Source: the human T2T-CHM13v2.0 reference genome, Homo sapiens. From it: a stretch of DNA of 64,000 nucleotides. The stretch is taken from the NCBI RefSeq assembly GCF_009914755.1, contig NC_060929.1. One strand, 5' to 3'. Position numbers and translations under genes: made by a program. The notes beneath the pieces were generated by a model, which saw only the letters and a program-made list of their open reading frames with translations, had not been told where the DNA came from and did no database searches. Shown here one piece after another: positions 43,623 through 55,629 of the stretch. How positions within the stretch are numbered: the first letter of the stretch is position 1; each line of letters opens with the position of its first letter.

Positions 43623-43751
43623 TTTTTTTTTTCTTTGAGAGGTATTATAGCTATGTTACCCCGGCTGGTCTTAAACTTCTGCACTCAAGTAATCCTCCCG
43701 CCTCAGGCTCCAGAGTAGCTGGGACTACAAGAATGCACCATGGTACCTGGC
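43623..43751 (-). mobile_element. FLAM / Alu monomer with TSD
   Basis: Single ~130 bp Alu arm; TSD TT(C/G)AGGTGGATTTT at 43613-43626 and 43752-43765. Confidence 0.85.
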
Positions 43752-44269
43752 TTGAGGTGGATTTTATTTACTCTGGTGTTTTTAGCTCTTTGCTACTTGT
43801 TTGCATGTTATCTGTGTGTTGATGTTAATGGGGGCAGTTTTATAAGAATTAGTGGGAAAATAAGATGTTCTTAGAGCCTTGCCAAAGGAAAACCAACTCC
43901 ATAAAATATTCTAGGATAGAACTTGACACATTTCCCCCCTTACAATAATAATTAAATGCAATTTAACATTCGTTATAAAAAATGACAGCAATATAATTGA
44001 AGGAAATCCCTTTAGTTCCTCACCATCTGGGCTCCGTTAATGAAGGATGTGATTCCCTTTGGCGGAATTCCGTTTCTGATATCATTTGTTATGTGGGTTC
44101 TTGTTTCAAGCTTGATGTGAAGGCTGGTAGGGAGGCTGTAGGAGTCACTTTAAAGTTTGAAGCAGGAGTGAGAAAAGCAAAGGTTTTTGGCGAAATTTAG
44201 AGAGAAGAACTGGATTTCTTGCGCGCCCACTATTTGTCATCACAACCCAGCTATTTCCTTTCAGCTGAG

Positions 44270-44790
44270 GGAGGGATTATTATTCTTATTCTACAAATAG
44301 GTCTAGAGAGATTGAGGAACTTGCCCAAAGTCACACAGCTAAGAAGTGACACAGCTTTGATTCAGCCCCATGTTTGCATGCTTCTGATTTTCATGCTTTT
44401 TCCTCTATATAATGCTGCCATTCAAAAAGGTGTTACGTATAAAGGATACATGATAAAATATAAACTAACCTTAAAAAGAGTATGCCAACTGAAAGAAGCC
44501 AGCCACAAAACATCACATGTCATATGATTCCATTCATGTGAAATGCCCAGGAAAAGCAAATCTATAGAGACAGAAAGTAGATTAGTGGTTACCTAGGACT
44601 GGAGGCGAGAGCAGGTAGAGACTACAGATGAGCTCGAGAAATCTTTTTGGGATGATGGAAATGTTCCAGAATTGGACTATGGTGATGGTTATACAATACT
44701 GTATATTTACTAAAAGTCATTGAATTGTAACTAATAATGAGCTAATTTTATGGCATATAAAGTATACCTCAATAATTGTTTTTTAGAAAG
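44270..44790. mobile_element. MIR (44270-44420) and L1MB/L1ME 3' end (44450-44790, +)
   Basis: ACTTGCCCAAAGTCACACAGCT MIR core; TATGATTCCATTCATGTGAAATG...GAGACAGAAAGTAGATTAGTGGTT. Confidence 0.75.
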
Positions 44791-45814
44791 GTATTGTCAT
44801 CATCACCGTGATTAACACTTGGTTTTTTGTCAACTTTATTATTTTCTACATATGTAGCTTTTAATGAAGGGGTATGAGCTATAGGGTGGAGGAAAAGTAA
44901 TACTTGGCTCCCCATGCATTCCTCAAGACACCTGCCTCATGGCTATTGCTTAAGCACCAATTCTTTGCTCTGTGTAGGAATACAAGAGTGGGAAAGGCAG
45001 GACTTGAAGGAGTAAGTGAATTTATTCATTTTCTACCAATACAGACTCCCACTTCCTGGTCTACCAGCTGGCTTTGGGGCCACAGGAGGTAGACAGGATT
45101 GAAGGTGGACAGGGTAAAAAGAAGATGAGGCAAGATAGAGAGGAAGAGGAAAAACAAGGAGTTAGCATTAAACAAGCCACTAATGCTACATACCTTTCAT
45201 CCCTGACCAACTGAAACCCTCAAGGAATGGTGGAGCTCACGGGAGAAGAAAACTCAGACTATGTTTTTTCTAACTGGCCCTGTTTAAGAAGGCCATCTCC
45301 ACAAATACAATCAACACACTTTCTCAAATTGTGTTTGGATCAGCAGAGTTCAGGCACAGCCTTTTCTTTCAAAGGCATCAGATATCTGCATTCTCGACAG
45401 ACCCAGCCAGGTGAATACAAAGTATCCTCTGACTGTCTTGATTTACTAAAGTTATGTCTTTACAACTCTGACCCTGTCCCAGACATTAAAGCTAAGAGGG
45501 GCCTTAAAGATCACTTGCAAGAATGGGCCTCAAACTTTTTTAGCAGCAAATCCTCCCTTCAATCTAAATGTAGAAAGCCATATTTATAAAGACAGTCGCA
45601 GTGGCATAACTCTGCACTGCTTGGGGTGTGTGTGTATGTGTCCACGTGCCTATCAGGAGTAGGTCAGGTCCTGCCTTTTGGACTTCCTTCTCAAAGTGAC
45701 TTCTGAGACACTTCATAGAATCCCTAGGGCTCCATGGCACTTTATATTTGAGGAGTCTAAGATTCAGAGGATTTAAGTGACTTTTGAGGCAACTTGACAA
45801 AGAATACGTGAAGA

Positions 45815-46700
45815 TTTTGGAGTCAGGCAGACCTGGAATGAGTGTCATCTTTTATGACCTTGATGGAATGCTTAGCTCTCTAAGTCACAATTCCTTCATC
45901 TGTAAGGATGAAGTCCTTCATGCCCATTCATGGGGTAGTTGAGAGAGTTAACTGAGCTAGGTATGTGAAGCAGGGACCACATGTCCAGACTGTCAATGGC
46001 ACTGCCAGTCAGAGGCTGCTCTAAGACTGGGACTTGGATCTCATGCTCCCTGGTCTTGTACCTGTTCCATCAGCCACACCTGAGAATGAGGAGAGATGAG
46101 CACAGCATACAAGGTAGGAGTGGCCCCAGGAGCCAACATCCTCCAGCACACCTTGGGAGTTACTGCTATGGCTGGGGGGCTGGTGGTCAGGATTCTCTTT
46201 TTGCTGCTGTGCTTCTGTGGTGTCTGTGTTGGACTGAATCTTTCTCACACTGCTGCTTTTGGTTAATGGCTCTCAAGAGAATCTAAATGTAGAAAGATTT
46301 ACTCCAGATCTTAAGTTTAAGTATGACAACATGAGAGACAGTAGAGTGTGATGGGAAAGAGCACTGATTCTAAATCAGATTAGACCAGGCTTTACCACTT
46401 GCTAAGGACATGGGTGAATTTGTATGCAGATTGATTCACAGAGTGGTTAGTGGTAGTCTGGTATCGTGGTTAAGTGCATAGACTTTGGGACCAGACTGGC
46501 AGTCTGGCTGTGCTGCTATTCACATGTAGTATGAAGTCGGGCAAAGATATTGTCTCTCCCTCTCTGCTTCAGTTTCCTCAACAGCAAAATGGAGTTAATG
46601 AATAATGGGACCAGAGTATATGGCATTGTGAGGATCAAGTACTTAGGAGACCGCAAGCATATAGTAAATGCTATTAAGTGCAAGTTAGTGGTAATATAAT
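45815..46700. mobile_element. MIR fragments (45815-45990, 46340-46700)
   Basis: TTTGGAGTCAGGCAGACCTGG; CTTCAGTTTCCTCAACAGCAAAATGG. Confidence 0.7.
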
Positions 46701-47959
46701 AAGACATTTAAAAATTCAGATTGCCGAGATACATTTATATAAAAAGTTAATCCATCAAATATTTTCCAAATAAATACTTTGGCTGGAATAAATCTTTGTT
46801 TACCTTGGTTTCTTATATTACATTCTGAGACATTTTCTAGGTGGAAGTTTCCCAGATGGCTATCAAAAAGCCTGTTCTGAGATACCATAAAAATTATATG
46901 GAGATATGAAGATTCAAAAGTAGTTAAGTTTAGAAATTTTTTACATAAATCAGCCTAGATTCTTCATATATCAAATAATATTTATAAAATCTTTTGGCCT
47001 AGTTCTGGTATAGGCTATATGTCATTGGACAAGTCTGTTAAATTCTCTGCACGCCAAAATGACAGTGTTACATTGAAGGACTTCTGAATCTCCTGGCTTC
47101 CTCATTCCATTATTCTACATTAATTCATAGAGAATCACATGGACCTTGTTTACAGAACTGAGCTATGAAAAAATAAATATCATGCAAGAAGTTTGATGAT
47201 TGAATTCCGGAAATAATATGTTGAGATCCAAACCTAGTACATTCACAAGAAGAATCTTAATTTCCTATTGGCTTTCTAGAGCAATGTAACGAACATCCTA
47301 GAGGTCCAGAAGCACAGATTTCAGGTTTTTCCCTCCAGCAATGATTTTCCTGACCAACCAGACCTGTTTCTCTCCTTTTCTCCTTCTCTTTCCTCATGTT
47401 CTTTCCTTCTCTTCCTTCTCCTCCTCCTGCCTTTTTCTGGGGGGGTTGGGGTGGAGTCTGTTTTGGTTTTGATTTGTGTTTAATTTTTTTGCCCTGATTT
47501 TTTCGCCCTGATTTTTTCAGTCCCACTTCTAGTTGATTTCTTGTTCCTACCCTTGTTCTGTTTGCTAGGAAGTTAGGAGGTGGGAGAGTGAGATAAGGGA
47601 AAATAAAGAATTGCAGCTTAGTAATAGTCCTTTCAACACTTTGGCTGAGCCAGCAGCAACGATGTATGGTGATAAGAGTATGGAAGAAGAGCTCGGTGAC
47701 CATGGAAGCAGCTCTCAGCCTTCTTTGATCCACACGGTGGAGGAGGCCTTATGTGGGCAGTGACAGCCTCTGCCGTTAGTAAAAGGGACCTGTGGTTGGC
47801 AGGCATGCCAGGCCACCCACTCTGTCTTTTCTTTTCTCTTCCTATTAAAGGTGTTTTGCTTTAAAATGTTTAGCTCTCACTGGTCAAATAGTGAAAGGCA
47901 AGTTATGTCTATACCAAAAGAATATACTATCCATAAAGATAACGATGGAAGAACAATTC

Positions 47960-48430
47960 AGTATTAGTTTGCTAAGGCCGCCATAACAAAGTGCCACAAA
48001 CGGAGTGGCTTAAACAAAATAAATTTATTGTCTCACAGTTCTGGAGGCTGGAAATCTAAGGTCAAGGTGTCAGCAGGGTTGGTTCCCTCTGAGGGCTGTG
48101 AGGAAGTATCTGCTCCATGCTTCTCCTCTAGCTTCTGGTGGCTTGCTGTCTTTCACATTCTTCGGTTTGGTGAAGCATCTCTGCCTTCAGCTTCACATGG
48201 CCTTTTCCTTGTGTGTGCATCCATGTTCAAATTCCTCTTTTTTACAAGGACAGCAGTCATATTGAATTAGGGGCCAATTCTACTCCAGTATGAACTCATC
48301 CTAGCTTAATTATTTACACCTGCAATGACCCTTTTTCCAAAAACAAAGGTCACATTCTGAGGTACTGGGTGGTTAGGACTTAAACATATGAATTTGGTTG
48401 GGGGAAAGGGCACATAATTTAACCCATGAT
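47960..48430 (-). mobile_element. MLT1C-like MaLR solo LTR
   Basis: GTATTAGTTTGCTAAGGCCGCCATAACAAAGTGCCACAAAC...CACATTCTGAGGTACTGGG...AACCCATGATA. Confidence 0.85.
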
Positions 48431-49775
48431 AAATTTCCTTGACCTATCTGCAGCTAAATACACACTTTGGGTTGTTTTGCCCCAACTAGAGGTGAGGTTT
48501 TACCTAGGACTTTCTGTATACTCTCTCCACACTTTCATACAAAGCCATCCCAGGGCCCAATGTTTAATCATCTGCAAGATCGTAACTCATGTAAGGGTAG
48601 AGTTTGTGACCATGGAATAGAATGTTTTCTGTATGAAATGGATTATTCACAAAGATACTGAGTCTCTAATACAGCTAGCACTTTTCTTTAATCAATTTAA
48701 TTATATTATAAAGGTAAACCAAAACCCAGCTACAAGAAGGAATACTGGGGAGAGCTGGTGAGGCATCTAACAATCCACACCCGGGGTGTTCACTTTCCCT
48801 GGTGTGCATGAGAGAATTGAGCAGGTGGTGGCCCCTCAGTGGTGCTAATACTGTTGCTTAAGGACCATAAGCATACTCTGGAGCAAGGACAAGGTTCTAA
48901 CTCACACCAGATTAAAGAAGAGTGCTATTATTAGCAACTTGACTAAATGTGATATGGCATCGAGACAAGTGTTCTCCCATTGCCTATTGAAGTTTAGCCA
49001 CTTTATGTTTTGAACAGATTTAATGACTTTCACCTTGTTAGAGTCTTCTTAATAGATGTTCCAATTAGAGAGAAAATTAAATCTAAAACTAACTTTGGAA
49101 AAATTCCCCGTCACTTTATTATGCATACTCTGAAGTGCAAGAGACCAAGGCTGTTTCATTCATCTTTGCACCCTGAGTGGTAAGCTCAATGATGATATAT
49201 TTGTCTTTTCTGTTCATTAAGTTTACTTGGTATTTTAAAATCTATTCTTAAAAGAAGCCATGTCTTGATACCAACTTTAGTAAGAATTGAGAGATTCGAT
49301 TAGTTTATATCTTATTACATTTAACTATTATTATTTTCTGTTTTTAACTCTAAAACCAATATGTTGGTTTTTAAATAACAGAGGACTTGAAGAGCTTATA
49401 TACCTAAGAGCAATTTGTGAGGCATAGGTGTTCATTATTAAAACAAATCAGCAGGCAGTGTGTATCTTAGGATTACTCATAAAGTAATTATATTTAATTT
49501 ATGTTATTTGATAAAATAGTATCATAACATCTCTCTGCTTAGGGGCTTTACATTGAATTGTTAATAAATCAGTTACCATTGAGATCACCTTTTCAAACTG
49601 TTCTTTAAACTTCTAGGCCCTGAGAGTTTGGTTGTGTCTTATCCCAGAAAGACAACTACACAAAGCACAGCTCCAGAGCAGTATCTATACTGCCTGTTTA
49701 TTTCCTTTGCTTTACAAGACATGACTTTAAAAAAGGTAAAACTTCATGAAAAACATTTAATTACTTGCCTATATG

Positions 49776-49778
<3 letters not shown>

Positions 49779-49811
<33 letters not shown>

Positions 49812-49823
49812 ATGCACACACAC
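49779..49823. repeat. (CA)n microsatellite
   Basis: About 15 uninterrupted CA units plus a short second run. Confidence 0.95.
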
Positions 49824-49899
49824 AGAGTAAACTTATTTGTGAGATTGACTCTGGTTAGGATAAAGTATCTGAGCCTTTAAATAGAACTGATTTAGCAAA

Positions 49900-50177
49900 T
49901 AATAATAATTATTATTATTATTTATTTTTAGAGATGAGGTCTCACTCTGCTGATACTGAACTCCTAGGCTCAAGCAATCATTGTGCATCAGCCTCCTGAG
50001 TAGCTGGGACTACAGGCATGCACTACCAGACACAGCTAATTTTTTAAAAACTTATTATAGAGACTGGGGTCTTGCTATATTGCCAAAGCTAGTCCTGAAC
50101 TTCTGGCCTCAAGCAACACTCCCAGTTAAGCCTCCCAAAGTGCCAGGATTATAGGTGTGACTCACCGCTCTCGACCG
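49900..50177 (-). mobile_element. AluJ (degenerate, internal deletion)
   Basis: (AAT/ATT)n tail, AGAGATGAGGTCTCACTCTG...GGCTCAAGCAATC...CCCAAAGTGCCAGGATTATAGG. Confidence 0.85.
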
Positions 50178-50662
50178 AAATAAATGTTTTCAACCTAATA
50201 GAAGACTCTAGATACAATCAGGTTAACAAAAGTCAATTTAACATTTGCAGCTGTAGATACACAGTGAACTAATAAACTACACCAATCTGAGTTTGAGCAC
50301 AAGGGGAAATATATACTAACCCAGAAGAAGCCAAAGCCCTCGTATTCTTCAGTCACTGAGAATATCTTGAAGTGCCCACACCCCTATCCCATAAGGTACC
50401 AAGTCCTGTAGTGCTTTATCTTTTTCAGTGTCTATTGTGTCCCTTCTTTTTTCCCCATTTCTGTGGCCACCTGTTAGTTCACAGATGTATCCCCTCAGGC
50501 CATCAGCTGTTGTAGTACGTCCTAATCGGTCTCCTTGAGTTCAGTCTCTCACCTCTTCTCTTCAATTTATTCTCTAGATCCAGGCTAATCCTCCTCCTAA
50601 AACGCTCCTCTGATCTTGTCACTTCTTTGCTTTAAAACTTCTAAAGATTTCCTATTGCCTAA

Positions 50663-51000
50663 AGCAGTGTTTCTTCAAATTTGAAACTAGATTTCCTGTA
50701 TCAGAATCATGTGGGTGGGATGTCCTCGGACCTGAAGAACCAAAACCTCTGGGGAGGTAAGGATAGGAAATCCAAATTTTTAACAAGCACCACTGCATCT
50801 CCCAGGAGATTGTTGAACATGCAACATATGAGGCCTACCTGCCTAGAATAGCGATTCTCAACCTGGGCTGCACATGGAAATCACCTGGGAAGCTTTAAAA
50901 ATTTGCTGATGCTTGAGTTCCATCCCTAGAGTTTCTGATTTAATTGGTCTGGGATGCTGCCTGGGCATTGGGGTATTTTTAAAAGCTTCCCAAGTGTGCA
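50663..51000. mobile_element. MER5-family (hAT-Charlie) fragments
   Basis: GCAGTGTTTCTTCAAA...AGAATCA; GATTCTCAACCTGGGCTGCACATGGAAATCACCTGGGAAGCTT. Confidence 0.75.
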
Positions 51001-52339
51001 TCTGTATCAGAAAAGATTATACTTGGCTATATTTAACAGAAAATTCAAAGTAGCAATTGCTAAAGACACCAGGGTTTATTCTCGCCCAGAAAAAAAAAAA
51101 AAAAAAAAGTCCTAGGTTGGGCAATTCGGAACTGGTACAGTGGCTCCATGAAACCAGATGGTTCTGCACCCATTCTTTGTTTATGGCTTCTATCCTCAAC
51201 CTCGCTTTATGAGGCAAGATGAGCACAGAATCTCAGCCATCAGTCCATGTTCCAGCATAGAAGGAGGAAGAAAAGAGGAAGGTCAAAAGGCCACCATGTC
51301 CAGATGGATCAGCTCTCCTTAATCAGTTTCAAACAAAACTTCCAGAACTGTATCATATGGTCACACCTAATTGCAAGCAAGACTTGGGAATACAGTCTTT
51401 TTTCATTGCCACCTTAAATAAAAAGGACTTCATTACTAAGGAAAAGGGAAAGAATGGATATTGGGAAACAACTAACGATCTCTGTCACAGTACCCAACCT
51501 ATATTCCTGGATTTTTTACCACTTAACTTTTAAACACTCCACTTCCTCAAACTGGTCTACTTTTTATTCCTTAAGTGTGTGTAACAGAGTGACCCTATCC
51601 TATTCATCTACATATATGGTTTCTATATGTAAATCCATACTTGTTAACCAGTAAAAGAAAAACTTCACTCCTCTGCATGTCAAGGTCTTACCTGCACCTC
51701 ATTATAGTCCACCATGCTCCTCACACTGAAAAGCAGAACAGGGGAAAGCGTCCAGAAAGGATTGAGAAAAAGATTTTGCTGCTTTTAAATGAACTCATGG
51801 AAAAGATATGAAGTTTAGAAACCACTGGGAAGGCAGGAAGTTAGGTGAGTTGGCTTTGAAAGGACTTAAGTATAATTTTCACAAGACAGGATGTGAAATG
51901 GGATAGAGCCTGCAAGGAGTATAGGTAGTGGCACTCAAGAAATTAATGTTTTAAAAAATCTACTTGAGATTGAGACTCTTTAAAAAATTTTTTTAAACCT
52001 CCTGTAAATAAACCAAAGAAAAAATTTCATCAAGGAGTTAAAATCTGATAAACTGTTATGAATAAAAGGTGGGAAGCAGCTAGAAAATGCAAGGAAGCAG
52101 GAAGGGTTTTCTGGAGACGGGGATAAACTGCAACATGATCTATGGTCAAGATCATAATGAGCTCATTAAGGGAAATTGGACTTGGAACTCATTATCCCAT
52201 ATAAACAATGTTATACATAGTACTTAGGTCATAAACAGTATTTAACCCATAATTTCCAAAATTATAAACCTTTTCATCATATATAACAGTATTTCCTATG
52301 GGAAAATAGATTCATGCCCAACTCCAGAAGTCATCTTTC

Positions 52340-53630
52340 TTTCTGGGAACGTATTCATAGTGCTCTTCTAGGTGCGGTAGATACAACAGCTTTGAACAAA
52401 ATAAAGTCCTTGTATTCATGGTGTGTGTGGTGGTGGTGGCGGGGGTGGGGCTGGTGACTGAGAAGAAACAAACAAAAGAGAGTATTTCAGATAGTGATAA
52501 ATGCAGTGAGGAAAATAAAACAAGATGATATTATTAAGGAATGACATATGCAGCGTGGGTAGTTATCTTCTGATAGGGTGGTCAAAAAGGCACCTCTGAG
52601 AAGGTAACATTTGAACTGAATATCTGACTCTGAGAAGGGACCAGTCCTATGATAATTTCAGAGAAAAGCATTTGAGGCAGCAACAACAGCAAGGTAAAGA
52701 TCCTTGAAGACTGCATTATCGGTTTGGAATTATCTTCAGCTGGCAGTAACATAAGCCAGACATCAGTGACTTAAACATATAAAGGTGGCTTTTTCTCACA
52801 TAATTAAACACCCAAAGTGGTAGGGATGGCAAACATTGGTTCATGATTGAAGAACATCATGACTGAGATTTCTGTAGTTCTCTGGGGCTTTTCCTCAAGG
52901 TCTCAATATTGATGTTGCAGCTCCAGAAATTGTATCTATGTTCCAGGCAAGTAGAAAGGGCAGAGAGCACAGACATAAGCCCATTAAATGTGGCCCTTCT
53001 TAAAAGAGTTTCTCAGAAGCCTCACACAGCAACTTCCTGAATGTCTCAGCAGCCAGGGCGGTGTCATGCAACTTCCCTGACTGCAAGTTTCATGATCTGA
53101 TTTGCATACATCTCTCTCCATACCAGCTGTCTGCTGAGAACACAAATTTCCTAATCTATAAGCCAAAGTCATGCTTCCTGAGGCCTAGGACAGGATCTCT
53201 AGCAAGACTGGGGAGACCGGAAGAGTATGGAGCTTGGATGTGAGGAGTGAGGAAGAGGGGTGCTGGACTGGGAGAAAGAAGTAAAGGTAGATCCCTCAGC
53301 ATCAACCTCTCCTTCCTCCTCATTTCCCTCTTAGTTCGTTTGTTCCTTTCATTAAACGTTGAACACGTATTATGGGCCAGACATTGTGCAAACCTCCAGA
53401 AGCATAAAGATGAATCAACATGGCCCTTGCCCCTGAGGAGCTTATCACCCAGCATCTGTATAAAGATAGACATTAAACAAATCATTGCAGAACAACAGAA
53501 TCAACTCTGCAATAGAAATAGGCAGAGGATACAGTAGAGGAAGAGTAATCAGCTCTGCCTGACTGGGTGTAGCCAGGGAAAACGACTTCATAAAGGGATT
53601 GATGTCACCTGGGCTGAACTTTGAAGAGCA
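52340..53630. mobile_element. L2 fragments (52340-52700, 53340-53630) around an MLT1-like LTR remnant (52715-53150)
   Basis: L2 motifs such as AGGGTGGTCAAAAAGGCACCTCTGAGAAGGTAACATTTGAACTGA and CCCTTGCCCCTGAGGAGCTTA. Confidence 0.6.
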
Positions 53631-55331
53631 AATAGCAATGTCCTTTCTCTTTTAGTTATGCAGTCATAGCCTCCTGCCATAGGTAAGCCTCAGGAGACAC
53701 TATTTGTCTGTTTTGAACCATGGGGAAAGAGAACTAGGAGTTTAAATGTGCTAAGAGCCAACTATGTGCTGTTCCCTTTGCACATATAATTCATGTTTAA
53801 ATCATATTCATGATGAAATGAATAGGATTCATCTGAAATAACGTTTACCTACAACCTGGGAAGATACTGTTTTTAAAGGCCGGTATGTTGACTGGGAAGC
53901 ACATTTACCTGCAAATAGCAGAGACCAACCTGTTCACAGAGTGGCCTCATCATAGAGCCAACTGTGTAGGTGGATGGGAGCTGAGATTATTTCACCAACT
54001 CAAGAATGTCAGGACTGATATCTTCATGATTCTTTTGCCTTTTCCCTACGGTTCCAAGATGTCGGTCCTGTCCAGAGCAAACAGGCTCCAGAGCTGTCTC
54101 TGGATTTTAGGTGAAGCTCACTTGGAAACTTTCTAGAGAACCCAAAATGTTAAGTATTTTTAAAATCTCCATTTTATAGTGAACTGAGGTTCTGAAAAGT
54201 TGAGATATCTGGTCAAGATGTTTGGTGGAGCTGGAGTTGGAACACTGGTCTCTCTGGTGCCAGAGTCTTTATTCTTGCCACCATATTGGGCTGTTTCCCG
54301 ACAGACCCTTCTTTCTTGGACTGGCCACATGATTGCTTTCCTTCTTTTCTACTGCCACAAACTATTATTTCCACTCAGAGTCTCCTTTCCCCTGGACACA
54401 CTTCAGAACAAGGATCTCTTCAGCCAGCACACAGCCGATTTGAGGGTTTTTAAGGTTTCCTCAGCTACTAAGAGGAGGAAAACAGGCAGAAAGGAAAAAA
54501 ATAACAAAATTATGGCCTTACTGAAGCTGCCAGTGGAATGTAAATGGATCTTGGCTCTGCATTCTTGAGGCCCCAGCACTTTTCTCTGGACCCCGAATTT
54601 TTCAGTCTTTCTTTCCCTATACCATATTTACTCACATCGCTTCATTTGGGGGCACCTTCTTTCCTGGTTGTTTAACTATGCAAGTCCTAGACATGACCCT
54701 ATGGGATCAGACTCTGACCCAGGTCTGGGTAGGCTGAATTCTGGGTGTTTCAAGAATCGACCTACTTTTTCCCAGGGTAGGACATGTTAGCAGGGGCAGA
54801 ACTCCCCATCACCACAATGGTGTTGGCCACCTGCTCCCCTTCAGGACCCCAATGAGCACAGGGGGTGAGGGTGGGGAATGGTAGGAAGTGCTGGAAGGGT
54901 TTGAAGGACAGACAGCCTCCCCCTGGGGTGACAGGGACACTCCTAAGGAAGTAACATTGAGGCTGGGAGAAAAGATGGGAAGAAGTCATAGGAAATGAGA
55001 TCCGGGAGAGATTATCAGACCAATCTCAAAAACACTACGACTTAAAATACTGAAATCCCTTGTCAATAAATCCGCAAGAGCTCCTGTTCTCCCACAAATG
55101 GTGTTTAAAATCATCACGGTAATTATCTAAATTGCCTCCCTCATGAGATTTCTAGTTTCCAGCCAAAATGACTGATTGTTAGGGCTTCAGGCTCTGAGTT
55201 TTAGACTCTTTTATTCCCTTAGTGGGTCTAATTTTGAAGTGTTCCATTTTGGCATGGAATTCTTATTTCCAGTCTTGCCATCCACTCATTAAGCTGAGGA
55301 AATCTGTGAACTTGATGGGTTTTTTAAATTC

Positions 55332-55629
55332 TTTTTTATTTATTTTTTGAGATGGAGTCTTGCTCTGTCACCCAGTCTGGAATGCAGCGCCGTGGCCTTG
55401 GCTCACTGCAACCTCCGTCTCCCGGGTTCAAGGATTCTCCTGCCTCAGCCTCCCAAGTAGCTGGGACTACAGGCATGCGCCACCACACCCAGCTAATTTT
55501 TGTATTTTTAGTAGAGACGGGGTTTCACCATGTTGGCCAGGCTGGTCTCAAACTCCTGACCTCGGGTGATCCACCCACCTCGGCCTCCCAAAGTGCTGGG
55601 ATTACAGGCATGAGCCACCGCGCCTGGCC
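55332..55629 (-). mobile_element. AluSx-like
   Basis: GAGATGGAGTCTTGCTCTG...CTGACCTCGGGTGATCCACC...GCGCCTGGCC. Confidence 0.94.

Noticed and set aside
47257-47733. 158 aa minus-strand ORF
   Set aside because: Non-ATG start, runs through pyrimidine-rich low-complexity intron sequence, no recognisable domain.
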